From assembly GCA_041288095.1 (NCBI GenBank), contig JBGGMJ010000058.1:1-49041 (forward strand): a stretch of 49,041 nt of DNA. Reading direction: 5' to 3'. The first letter of the stretch is position 1; the number at the start of each line of letters is the position of its first letter. The notes beneath the pieces are model-generated. The model ran no database searches, was not told the origin of the DNA, and was given only the letters and a program-made list of their open reading frames with translations. The position numbers and the translations under genes were made by a program. This DNA comes from Myxococcota bacterium. Its GTDB lineage: Bacteria; Myxococcota; XYA12-FULL-58-9; JALHOP01. Of this stretch, positions 1 to 8,661 are shown in pieces.

Positions 1-1083
1 CGCGATGGTCGCCGGCCATACGCCGATGGTCCCGGTCAGCGGAATGAGGAAGGCAAGGAGCGCCAGCGAGGGGATGGTCTGCACCACCCCCACGACGACG
101 AGCACCGGCTGTGCGAGAGCCCTGACGCGCGCCGCGGCCACACCCAGGGGGACGCCGATTGCGATTGCCGCCACGAGCGAGCCCAGCACCAGTGCCACAT
201 GCTGCATGAGCAAGCGCGCAAAGTCAGGCGCGAAGAGCGCGCTCCAGAGGTTGCGTCCTTCGCCCGCCGGCGCCTGGCCGAGGAACTCCGCCGCCACCGT
301 GGCGAAGTCACGCTTGTCGATCTCGGCGCGCGCATTGAGGCGCACCATCGTGGCCGCATCGATCTTGCCTTCCAGCTTAGTGAGCCCGGCCCAGGCCTGC
401 GGATGCGTGCGCGGCGCTTCGGCACGGTTCAGGAAGAGCGCGTCGTAGCGCGGAAAGTAGGCGCGCTCGTCCTCCAGCACCCGGATGCCCTGGCGCTCGA
501 TCTTCGCGTCGGTCGAGTAGAGGTCCATGGCGTCGATCGTGCCGGCGGCGAGGGCGTCGTACGCGAGCCCGTGGTCGAGGGAAGTGGGCTTCAAGGCCTG
601 CAGGCCATAGGCAGCAGCAAGCCCCGGCCAGCCATCCTGACGGCCGAGGAATTCGTGCGAGAAGCCCAGGCGCAGGTCAGGGTGGCGCGACAGGTCGGAA
701 ACGCGTTTCACTCCCCGCGCGTCCGCAACCTCCTTGCGGACACCGATGGCATACGTGTTCTGGAATCCCAGCGGTACGCTGGCCGCGAGCCCCAGGGGCG
801 CGAGTTGCGCGTTGAGTCCCGCCAGGTCCAGCTCGCGGTCGGCCTTGAGGATCTCCTTCGCAATCGTGCCGCTGTATTCGGGATAGACGTCGATCTCTCC
901 GCCCAGGAGCGCCTTCCAGGCAATCGCGGTGCCGCCGAGCTCACGCTGGTGGGCGGCGACGACGCCATGCGCCTCGAGGGTCTGCCGGGCAATCTCGCCG
1001 ATGATGACCGACTCGGTGAACGCTTTGGAGCCGACGCGCACCGGCGTCGCGCCGACCACGAGCGCCAGGGCGAGGCCAATCAT
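1..1083 (-). CDS. Osmoprotectant (glycine betaine/choline-type) ABC transporter, fused substrate-binding + permease protein; 3'-truncated by window edge
   Basis: Not in the ORF track because it runs off the left end. Read by hand from ATG 1083: MIGLALALVVGATPVRVGSKAFTESVIIGEIA..., with later EYSGT, PLGFQNTYA and permease-like QTIPSLALLAFLIP. ATGA overlap with the ATPase stop. Confidence 0.88.
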   Translation of the reverse strand, partial: MIGLALALVVGATPVRVGSKAFTESVIIGEIARQTLEAHGVVAAHQRELGGTAIAWKALLGGEIDVYPEYSGTIAKEILKADRELDLAGLNAQLAPLGLAASVPLGFQNTYAIGVRKEVADARGVKRVSDLSRHPDLRLGFSHEFLGRQDGWPGLAAAYGLQALKPTSLDHGLAYDALAAGTIDAMDLYSTDAKIERQGIRVLEDERAYFPRYDALFLNRAEAPRTHPQAWAGLTKLEGKIDAATMVRLNARAEIDKRDFATVAAEFLGQAPAGEGRNLWSALFAPDFARLLMQHVALVLGSLVAAIAIGVPLGVAAARVRALAQPVLVVVGVVQTIPSLALLAFLIPLTGTIGVWPATIA

Positions 1084-1832
1084 GACACCACTCCGACGAG
1101 CACTTCGACGCGGCGCCGCTCCGCTTGAACCATGCCGGCGACCCGCTCGGTCGCGGGCTTGTTGACGATGTCCGCGAGCGTTCCTCGCTGCTGCACGGCG
1201 CCGCGATGCATGACCATGATCTCGTTGGCGAGCGCCCCTGCCTCCGCGAAGTCGTGCGTCACCAGCAACACGGTGCAGCGCACCACGTCGAAAATCGAGC
1301 GCAGCTCGTCTTGCAAGGTGACGCGCGTCGTCGGGTCGAGCGCGCCGAGCGGCTCGTCGAGGAGGAGCAGGCCCGGCGACAAGAAGAGCGCGCGCATGAG
1401 GCCGACACGCTGTTGCTGACCACCCGAGAGCTGTGCGGGATAGCGGTCGAGCATCTCGGGTCGCAGACGCATGAGCTCGGCAAGCTCGCGGGTGCGAGCG
1501 GCGATGCGCTGCGCGTCCCAGCCGAGATGCCGGGCGAGCAGCATGACGTTTTCGCGGGCCGTCAGATGCGGAAACAAGCCGCCGTCCTGGATGACGTAGC
1601 CCATGCGCTGGCGTAGCCGGCGCGCGCTCGCGGGCGACAAGAGCTCGCCCTCGATGTGCACGCTACCGCTGTCGGGCCAAACGATGCCGTTCACCAGGCG
1701 CAAGAGCGTCGACTTCCCCGAGCCGCTGGTGCCGACGATGGCGAGCGAGGCGCCGCGCTCGAGCGTGAGCGAGATCTTCTCCAGCGCGACGGCGTCATCG
1801 TAGCGCTTCTCGACGTTGGCGAGCTGCAGCAC
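1080..1832 (-). CDS. ABC transporter ATP-binding protein (OpuA/ProV-like)
   Basis: Walker A GTSGSGKS, YVIQDGGLFPH, signature LSGGQQQRV, Walker B LLLLDEP. Confidence 0.93.
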   Translation of the reverse strand: MLQLANVEKRYDDAVALEKISLTLERGASLAIVGTSGSGKSTLLRLVNGIVWPDSGSVHIEGELLSPASARRLRQRMGYVIQDGGLFPHLTARENVMLLARHLGWDAQRIAARTRELAELMRLRPEMLDRYPAQLSGGQQQRVGLMRALFLSPGLLLLDEPLGALDPTTRVTLQDELRSIFDVVRCTVLLVTHDFAEAGALANEIMVMHRGAVQQRGTLADIVNKPATERVAGMVQAERRRVEVLVGVVS

Positions 1833-1834
1833 CG

Positions 1835-2884
1835 TCAGACCTCGAGACGGACGGAGCCAAGCTCGCCGGCTTCCTGCGTTTCGCCACGCTCGGCGTGCTT
1901 GAGCAGGCGCAAGATGTGCGCGCCCAAGAGGTCGACGTCGGTCGACACGAAGCGCTCGCCACCAAAGGCTTTGACGTTGCGTGTCTGCTCGGCGAGCACC
2001 TCGGCGTCCTGCTGCACGACACGCTTGGCGAGTGGCTCGAGGATGCGGCCAACGAGCTTGCCGCCGATCGGCAGTCTGTAGCTCACGATAGCGAACATGG
2101 TGGTAACGAAGTCCGAGACGGGCGTCAGGAGGTTCGTGATCAGCACGTGGCTGCTGTCACCCAAGGCATACTCCACCTGAGCGATCGAAGGCAGCATGAA
2201 GCGATCGACATGGCGCACGGTGCCGCCCTGCGGCGCCAGGAGCTTGCCGATGAGACCGGAAGGTCGTGGCTCGCCGACGTAGTCAGCTTCGACGGACGCG
2301 GCGTCGCGTCTGAGGTTCGCGGTAATGACGTTGCGCTTGCCGGCGCCGCGAAACAGACCGCGATGCAGGAAGGCGGTGTGCGGCACATCGAGGATGTTTT
2401 CAGCCGTCGCATGCAAGGTCGACTCGAAGGTCGCGTTGTAGCGCACCGTGCCGTAGCGGCTGTCGGCGAGATGGGGAACGACGTACGGCTCGACGCCCGC
2501 GGGGTCGCTCTCCGGATCACCCCAGGCCCAGACCAAGCCCTGCCGCTCGACCGTCGGGTAGCGCGCGACGCGGCGCGCCTTGGATGAGCCCTTGTCGTCG
2601 ACGAGCGCAGGCACGTTACGGCAGACCCCTTCACGATCGAAGCGCCAGCCGTGATACGGGCACTCGATCTCGCCATGGACGACGCGACCGGCCGAGATCG
2701 GCACGTTGCGGTGGGCGCAGCGGTCGACGAGCGCCACCGGCTCGCCACCGGCTCCGCGGAAGACCGCCAGCGGCATGTCGAATAGCGCCCGCTTCAGCGG
2801 ACGGGCACGCAGCTCCGACGACTCGCAGAGCACGTACCAGGCGCGACGCACGTGAACCACGGAGTAGCGCCCGGTTGTGCTCAC
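1835..2884 (-). CDS. Rieske non-heme iron oxygenase alpha subunit (VanA/demethylase-like)
   Basis: Rieske ligands CAH...CPYHGW; mononuclear Fe motif ENILDVPHTAFLH; C-terminal QQD. Confidence 0.88.
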   Translation of the reverse strand: MSTTGRYSVVHVRRAWYVLCESSELRARPLKRALFDMPLAVFRGAGGEPVALVDRCAHRNVPISAGRVVHGEIECPYHGWRFDREGVCRNVPALVDDKGSSKARRVARYPTVERQGLVWAWGDPESDPAGVEPYVVPHLADSRYGTVRYNATFESTLHATAENILDVPHTAFLHRGLFRGAGKRNVITANLRRDAASVEADYVGEPRPSGLIGKLLAPQGGTVRHVDRFMLPSIAQVEYALGDSSHVLITNLLTPVSDFVTTMFAIVSYRLPIGGKLVGRILEPLAKRVVQQDAEVLAEQTRNVKAFGGERFVSTDVDLLGAHILRLLKHAERGETQEAGELGSVRLEV

Positions 2885-2893
2885 GAAACGAGG

Positions 2894-5800
2894 TTATCCC
2901 GCGGCCCGAGTCGGCTGCGGCTGAGGTTGCGGCTGCGGCTGCTTGTCCGTGGTCTCGATGACCTTTTGGCCGTGAGCCAGCGCCGGCTTGCCCTCGCCTT
3001 CCAATGCCTCGGCGATAACCGCTGCCTGCTCGGCGGCGTGACGCTTCGACGAACCGGTCGCCGGTGACGAGCCGGATGGGCGGCCGACATAGCGCAGGGT
3101 CTGCCCCTGATAGAGCAGCGCCAAGAGGCGCTCGTCGACGAAATCCCACGCGCCCATGTTGCGCGGCTCTTCCTGCACCCACAGCACTTCCGTGGCGTTG
3201 GAGTAGGTCTCGAGTTGGGCCCGCAGCTGCTCCGCCGGGAACGGGTAGTATTGTTCGAGCCGCACGATGGCCACGTTCTCGAGCTTCTTCTCGCGGCGCG
3301 CGGCATCGAGGTCGTAGTAGATCTTGCCGCTGCAGAGGACAACACGGCTGACAGCCTTCGCGTCTCTGACCGACGAGTCGCTGATCACTGGCATGTAACT
3401 GCCCGAGAGCAGCTCCTCTTTGGCGGACACCGCCTCTGGATGCCGCAGGAGCGACTTCGGCGTGAAGACCACGCAGGGCTTGCGCTGCTCGCTGCGCACC
3501 TGACGGCGCAAGAGGTGGAAGTACTGTGCCGGGGTCGTCGGATAACAGACGCGCCAGTTACCGGCGGCCGCGAGCTGCAGGAAGCGCTCGATGCGCGCGC
3601 TCGAGTGTTCGGGGCCTTGGCCCTCGTACCCGTGCGGTAGCAGCATCACCACCGACGACTTCTGGTTCCACTTCTGCTCGCCGCTCGAGATGAACTGGTC
3701 GATGATGACTTGCGCGCCGTTCACGAAGTCGCCGAACTGCGCCTCCCACATGACCAGCGCCTTCGGGTAGTTCACCGAATAGCCGTAGTCGAAGCCGAGC
3801 ACGCCAAACTCCGAGAGCAACGAATCGTAGCAAGAGAAGTTCGCCTGCCCTTGCTGCAGGTTGTTCAGCGGGATGTAGGGCGTGCCGGTGCGGTGATCGT
3901 AGAGGATGCAGTGGCGCTGGCTGAAGGTGCCGCGGCCCGTGTCCTCACCGCTCAAGCGGACGGGGTTACCCTCGATCACGAGGGACCCGAAGGCCAAGGC
4001 CTCGCCCAGAGCCCAATCGATCTTGCCGCTGTCATAGCGCTCGCGACGCTTGGCCAGCTGCTTGACGAGCTTCGGATGCGGCTCGAACCCCTCCACGGGC
4101 CGTTCGAGGCCATCGAGCACCAGCTCGAGGTTCTCGGCGGACGCCGCGGTGCGCTCCACGTCGGCTTCGACACCGACGCCGCGCTCGTCCTCGCGATCAC
4201 GCGCGACCGACTGCGGCTTGGGCTGCTGCGCCTGCTTCACGGCATCGTGAATGCCCTGGAGCTGGACCCGGAAATCGTCGAGCGCCTTCTCGGCCGACTG
4301 AGCGTCGAGATCGCCGCGACGCAAGAGCTGCTCGGTGTAGATCTTGCGGACCGAGCGGTGATTTTCGATGCGCTGGTAGACGAGCGGCTGGGTGTACGAT
4401 GGGTCATCACCCTCGTTGTGGCCCCAGCGACGGTAGCAAACGAGGTCGATGACCACGTCGCGTTTGAACTGGTGACGGAAGGCGAACGCCAGGCGCATGA
4501 CGCGCACAGCGTCTTCCGGGTTGTCGCCGTTGACGTGGAAGATGGGCGCGTGCACCGCTTTGGCGACATCCGTCGAGTAGAGCGAAGAGCGCGCGTCTTT
4601 GGCGCCGGTGGTGAAGCCGATCTGATTGTTGACGACGACATGGACGGTGCCACCGGTGCGGTAACCGTTGAGCTGTGACATGCCGAGGGTCTCGACCACC
4701 ACGCCTTGGCCCGCGAAGGCGGCGTCACCGTGGATGAGGATCGGGATGGTCTTCTCGCGCTTCACGTCGCCGTCGATGTCCTGCATCGCGCGCACCATGC
4801 CCTCGACGACCGGATTGACGGCCTCGAGATGCGACGGATTGCTTGCGAGCGCGACGCTGACGGTTTCACCGGTCTCGGTGACGTGTTTGCCCAAGGAGCC
4901 CAGGTGGTACTTCACGTCGCCCGAGCCGTGGGCGATGCCGGGATCCATCTCGCCTTCGAACTCGCGGAAGACGCTTTCGTGCTTCTTGCCGACCGTATTG
5001 ACGAGCACGTTCAAGCGGCCGCGGTGGGCCATGCCGATCACCGCCGCGGTGACGCCGACACGACCGGCGTCCTCGAGGAGGAAGTCGAGCATGGGGATGA
5101 GCGTCTCGCCACCTTCGAGCGAGAAACGCTTCTGGCCGACGTAGGTGGTGTGCAGGAAACGCTCGAACGCTTCCGCGGCGTTGAGCTTCTTGAGGATGCG
5201 CTGCTGCTCTTCCGGAGTGAACGGCGAGGCGTTGCGCGACGACTCCATGCGCGCCTGCAGCCAGTCGCGCTGCTCGACATAGGGGATGTGCATGTACTCG
5301 ACGCCGATGTGGCGGCAGTAGGTCTCGCGCAGCGTCTCCATGATGTCGCGGAGCGGCATCGGTGCCGTGGAGCCCGCGAGCTCGCCGGCCATGAACTGGC
5401 GGTCGAGGTCCCAGACGGTGAGCCCGTACTTCGACATCTCGAGCTCGGGATGGAGCTGCGGTGCCTCGATGGAGAGCGGATCGAGGTGCGCGTAGAGATG
5501 TCCGCGAACGCGGTGCGCGCGGATGAGCTGGAGCACGTGCGCCTGCTTGCGAATGGCGTCCATGTCGCGGCCACCAAAGACCTCGACGTTCTGGTCGCCG
5601 GCCCAGGCGAGCGGCTCGTACGGGACGTCGAGCTCGTCGAAGATCTTCACGTAGAAGCGGTCGTCACCGAGCAAGAGCTTTTCGACGTCGCGGCAGAAGC
5701 CACCCGACTCCGCTCCCTGGATGACGCGGTGGTCGTAGGTGCTCGTGATGGTCATGGTGCGCGAGAGGCCGAGCTCGCTGATCACCTGGTTCGACATGCC

Positions 5801-6676
5801 GGCGTATTCGGCGGGGAAGCCGATGTTGCCGATGCCGAAGATGGCGGACTGGCCCTCCATGAGGCGGGGCACCGAGAGCTGGGTGCCGATCATACCGGGG
5901 TTGGTGATGCTGACGGTCGTGCCCTGAAACTCGTCGACGGCGAGCTTGTTGTTGCGGGCACGCGCCACGATGTCGTCGTAGGCGGCGACGAACTCCAAGA
6001 AGTTGAGCCGGCCGGCGTCCTTGATGTTGGGCACGAGCAGGACGCGCTCGCCCTTGCGCTCGAGATCGATGGCGAGACCCAAGTTGACGACCTTACGGTG
6101 CACGCGGTGCGGCTTGCCGTCACGCTCGACGTAGCCGTCGTTCATCCCCGGATGCTTCTCCATTGCCCGCAATAGCGCATACGCGACCATGTGCGTGAAC
6201 GAGACCTTGGCGCCGCTGGTCGCCGACTGGTGCGCGTTGACGAGCTTGCGGTTCTCCTCGAGGAGCTTCACTGGGATCGAGCGCACGCTGGTGGCGGTCG
6301 GGACGTGCAGACTCGCCACCATGTTTTCGGCGATCTTGGCCGCGATGCCTTTGAGCGGCTCGGCGTCGGGATGTTCTGTCTGCGCCGGCGCGACCTGCGG
6401 CTGCGCTTTGGTCGCTATAGCGGGCACATGGCCGGTCGGGACGACGCTCGCGGCGGCGCCGGAGGAAACGATGGGGCCGGTGGCTGGAGCGATGACGGTC
6501 GGGGCAGCAGGCTGGGCGTGCACACCAGCGCCGGGCGCGCGCGGCGTCGGATTGCCGCCGGCCGGTTTGTAATCGGCGAAGAACTCCTGCCAGGACTCGC
6601 CGACCGATTGCGGGTCTTCGAGGTACCGCGCGTAGAGCTCATCGACGAAACCAGAATTTGCACCAAAGCTGCTCAT
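2894..6676 (-). CDS. kgd: Multifunctional 2-oxoglutarate dehydrogenase/decarboxylase (E2o catalytic domain fused to E1o; Kgd/OdhA type)
   Basis: N-terminal FGANSGFVDELY..YLEDPQSV; E2 motif TYDHRVIQGAESG; E1 motifs RFSLEGGE, GDVKYHLG, HGDAAFAGQG, WEAQFGDF, GQGPEHSSAR. Start set at ATG 6676. Confidence 0.95.
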   Translation of the reverse strand: MSSFGANSGFVDELYARYLEDPQSVGESWQEFFADYKPAGGNPTPRAPGAGVHAQPAAPTVIAPATGPIVSSGAAASVVPTGHVPAIATKAQPQVAPAQTEHPDAEPLKGIAAKIAENMVASLHVPTATSVRSIPVKLLEENRKLVNAHQSATSGAKVSFTHMVAYALLRAMEKHPGMNDGYVERDGKPHRVHRKVVNLGLAIDLERKGERVLLVPNIKDAGRLNFLEFVAAYDDIVARARNNKLAVDEFQGTTVSITNPGMIGTQLSVPRLMEGQSAIFGIGNIGFPAEYAGMSNQVISELGLSRTMTITSTYDHRVIQGAESGGFCRDVEKLLLGDDRFYVKIFDELDVPYEPLAWAGDQNVEVFGGRDMDAIRKQAHVLQLIRAHRVRGHLYAHLDPLSIEAPQLHPELEMSKYGLTVWDLDRQFMAGELAGSTAPMPLRDIMETLRETYCRHIGVEYMHIPYVEQRDWLQARMESSRNASPFTPEEQQRILKKLNAAEAFERFLHTTYVGQKRFSLEGGETLIPMLDFLLEDAGRVGVTAAVIGMAHRGRLNVLVNTVGKKHESVFREFEGEMDPGIAHGSGDVKYHLGSLGKHVTETGETVSVALASNPSHLEAVNPVVEGMVRAMQDIDGDVKREKTIPILIHGDAAFAGQGVVVETLGMSQLNGYRTGGTVHVVVNNQIGFTTGAKDARSSLYSTDVAKAVHAPIFHVNGDNPEDAVRVMRLAFAFRHQFKRDVVIDLVCYRRWGHNEGDDPSYTQPLVYQRIENHRSVRKIYTEQLLRRGDLDAQSAEKALDDFRVQLQGIHDAVKQAQQPKPQSVARDREDERGVGVEADVERTAASAENLELVLDGLERPVEGFEPHPKLVKQLAKRRERYDSGKIDWALGEALAFGSLVIEGNPVRLSGEDTGRGTFSQRHCILYDHRTGTPYIPLNNLQQGQANFSCYDSLLSEFGVLGFDYGYSVNYPKALVMWEAQFGDFVNGAQVIIDQFISSGEQKWNQKSSVVMLLPHGYEGQGPEHSSARIERFLQLAAAGNWRVCYPTTPAQYFHLLRRQVRSEQRKPCVVFTPKSLLRHPEAVSAKEELLSGSYMPVISDSSVRDAKAVSRVVLCSGKIYYDLDAARREKKLENVAIVRLEQYYPFPAEQLRAQLETYSNATEVLWVQEEPRNMGAWDFVDERLLALLYQGQTLRYVGRPSGSSPATGSSKRHAAEQAAVIAEALEGEGKPALAHGQKVIETTDKQPQPQPQPQPTRAAG

Positions 6677-6814
6677 AAACCTTCTCGTAGAATGGTGAAG
6701 TCGAACCGAGCGACCATAACGGCTCGGCGCAGCATAGGCAAAGGCGCAGCGCTCCCCTTCGAGGATTTCGAGTCCGCGCGACAAGGCGTTGATTTCGCGT
6801 TCGTTTTGGGTTGG

Positions 6815-7273
6815 TCAGGTGTGATGCAACTGACGCAGGGCTTCGTAGGTTGCCACCCCTACCGCCGTCGACAAGTTGAGCGAGCGCATCTCGGTATTGA
6901 AGCGCGGAATGGTGACGCGCGTCGCTGTGAGCTCGTCGTGCAGCCAGTCCGGCGCACCGCTGGTCTCGCGCCCGAACACCAGGCCGTCTTCGTCTTGGAA
7001 GCGGACGTCCCAGTGCGTCTGTTCGGCCTTGGTGGTGAAGAGCCAGAGGCGCTTGGGCCCCTGTCTGCTATCGCGGAAGGCCCGCCAGTCTTCGTGATGA
7101 TGGACGTCGAGCGAGCGCCAATAGTCCATGCCGGCGCGCTTCAAGTGTTTGTCGGTGACCTCGAAGCCGAGCGGATGCACGAGGTGCAAGCGCGCGCGCG
7201 TCACCGCGCACATGCGTCCGACGTTCCCGGTGTTCTGCGGGATCTCGGGCTGGAAGAGGACGACGTGCAGCAA
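6815..7273 (-). CDS. trmL: tRNA (cytidine/uridine(34)-2'-O)-methyltransferase
   Basis: HVVLFQPEIPQNTGN, KRAGMDYW, VFGRETSG, RSLNLS SPOUT motifs; TTG start at 7273. Confidence 0.93.
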   Translation of the reverse strand: MLHVVLFQPEIPQNTGNVGRMCAVTRARLHLVHPLGFEVTDKHLKRAGMDYWRSLDVHHHEDWRAFRDSRQGPKRLWLFTTKAEQTHWDVRFQDEDGLVFGRETSGAPDWLHDELTATRVTIPRFNTEMRSLNLSTAVGVATYEALRQLHHT

Positions 7274-7274
7274 A

Positions 7275-7616
7275 TTACGAGTACGCTGGCGGTCGCATCT
7301 GGTAGCCGGCGCGACGCGGCGACGGGCTCCACGCCTCCGCCAACGACGCGGCGATCGAACGCTGGTTGGACAAGGACTCCCAACCGAGGAACTTACCGAA
7401 CCAGCCCGCGAGGCCGCGGCCGGTGAGGTAGTCGAGGGCAGCGTCACCAGCAATGATCGCGGTGATGCCGATGCCTGCGAACCCAAGGCCAAACATGCCC
7501 AGGCCGAGAAACGCCCCCGCGAGCCCTTGAAAGAAGTTCGCAATGCCGTGCGGTTCGTACGCCGGTACTGGCGGCGCTTGGACGTAACGTGGCTGAGCTG
7601 GGGCAACCTGAGGCAT
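7275..7616 (-). CDS. Orphan small membrane protein with Gly-rich hydrophobic hairpin
   Basis: 113 aa ORF, GGGAG RBS, Pro-rich N-terminus, long hydrophobic segment. Confidence 0.7.
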   Translation of the reverse strand: MPQVAPAQPRYVQAPPVPAYEPHGIANFFQGLAGAFLGLGMFGLGFAGIGITAIIAGDAALDYLTGRGLAGWFGKFLGWESLSNQRSIAASLAEAWSPSPRRAGYQMRPPAYS

Positions 7617-7651
7617 ACAAAACTCCCAGAATCGAAACGTTGGTTACCATG

Positions 7652-7679
7652 GTTATCGGCGCGCACACCGTCGCGTTGC
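7652..7679 (-). promoter_or_regulatory. Sigma-28 (FliA/WhiG)-like promoter GCAA-N15-GCCGATAA
   Basis: Exact GCCGATAA -10 box about 36 nt upstream of ATG 7616. Confidence 0.6.
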
Positions 7680-7724
7680 GGAAATGTTCGTTTCCACGGC
7701 GAAGTTGCCCCTGACGCGTCGACG

Positions 7725-8222
7725 TTAGGAGACCGGAACCGGTTCCGGCTCACCATCGCGGCGCGGCGGCGGCTCGAGCGGTGCGACTTCGACCGGCGCA
7801 CGCTGTTGCGGCTGAGGACCGCGCCGCACGTTCACACCCTGGGGGCGATCGGGCTCGGTGGGGCGCGCGCTGAAGGCGCTCGCGATCCAACCACCAATCG
7901 ATTTGCCGGTGAGCATCTTCACCGGGCTGAAGCCGGCCATATCGGCGAGGAAGTCGACGCCAGTAAGAATGCCGCCCGCGATCAGGAACGGGATCATGAA
8001 GCCCAGGAACGGCACGCACATGGCGAGCCCGGCGCCGACGAACAGGCTGGCGGTCAAAACGCTACCCGCGACCAACCCCGTCGTATGCTGTTGGCGCTCG
8101 ATGGCCGCGGCATCGGCCGGCGGCGGTTGACGCACGCTGCCCGGAGGGACGCCTTCGGGCGGCACAGGCTGGGCACCGGGTTGCACTGCGGGGCGGGCGC
8201 TTACAGGAGGGATGGCGCTCAT
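7725..8222 (-). CDS. Orphan membrane protein with hydrophobic hairpin and Pro-rich termini; probable paralog of 7275..7616
   Basis: GGAG RBS before ATG 8222; shared LTG[RK]x[LI][AG]GW motif. Confidence 0.7.
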   Translation of the reverse strand: MSAIPPVSARPAVQPGAQPVPPEGVPPGSVRQPPPADAAAIERQQHTTGLVAGSVLTASLFVGAGLAMCVPFLGFMIPFLIAGGILTGVDFLADMAGFSPVKMLTGKSIGGWIASAFSARPTEPDRPQGVNVRRGPQPQQRAPVEVAPLEPPPRRDGEPEPVPVS

Positions 8223-8258
8223 GGTGGCTCCAGACGTCGGATACAACGTTACCTGATC

Positions 8259-8267
8259 GTTATCGGC
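8259..8267 (-). promoter_or_regulatory. Sigma-28-like -10 box GCCGATAAC
   Basis: Exact match about 37 nt upstream of ATG 8222; -35 element poor. Confidence 0.55.
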
Positions 8268-8308
8268 AACGTCTCCCCAGCGTCCGGCTAACCGCGCCTG
8301 CCATCATG

Positions 8309-8539
8309 TCATTTCGGGTCGTTCACGTTGGTGTTGGTCCGGTTTCGGACCCGATCGACCTCGATGCCGTTGATGGGCGAGTTGTCGTTGGCGCCGGGCG
8401 ACGCGTTGGTATTGGTGCGATCGCGGATGCGCTCGGCCGTGTTGTCCGACTGCCGGCCGCGGCTCGGGACGTTGGTGTTGGTGCTCGAGCAGGCGGCGCC
8501 GAGCACGGCTACAAGGGCAAGTGCGTAGATCTTCATCAT
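8309..8539 (-). CDS. Small Asn/Thr-rich lipoprotein
   Basis: MMKIYALALVAVLGAAC lipobox; GAGGAGG RBS upstream. Confidence 0.75.
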   Translation of the reverse strand: MMKIYALALVAVLGAACSSTNTNVPSRGRQSDNTAERIRDRTNTNASPGANDNSPINGIEVDRVRNRTNTNVNDPK

Positions 8540-8661
8540 TTTATTTATCCCTCCTCGGGTTTACGCCCCTTAAGCAAAGCTCGAACCGTCGCCGCGTCAA
8601 CGCTTGACGTCGGGGCATGGCCAGTGGTGTACCGCGCCCCTCTCGCGCTGGAGCAACCCCC

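Noticed and set aside
2913-2943. Hexamer microsatellite at the kgd 3' end
   Set aside because: Imperfect and in-frame, encoding a QPQPQP tail; no phase-variation potential
4706-6175. Long antisense ORFs (also 9903..11270, 21195..22454, 36076..37173 and others)
   Set aside because: Typical stop-poor shadow frames opposite real genes in high-GC DNA; no protein motifs
6815-7801. 328-aa TrmL with a long N-terminal extension
   Set aside because: The extension overlaps the 7275..7616 gene in another frame; TrmL homology begins at TTG 7273
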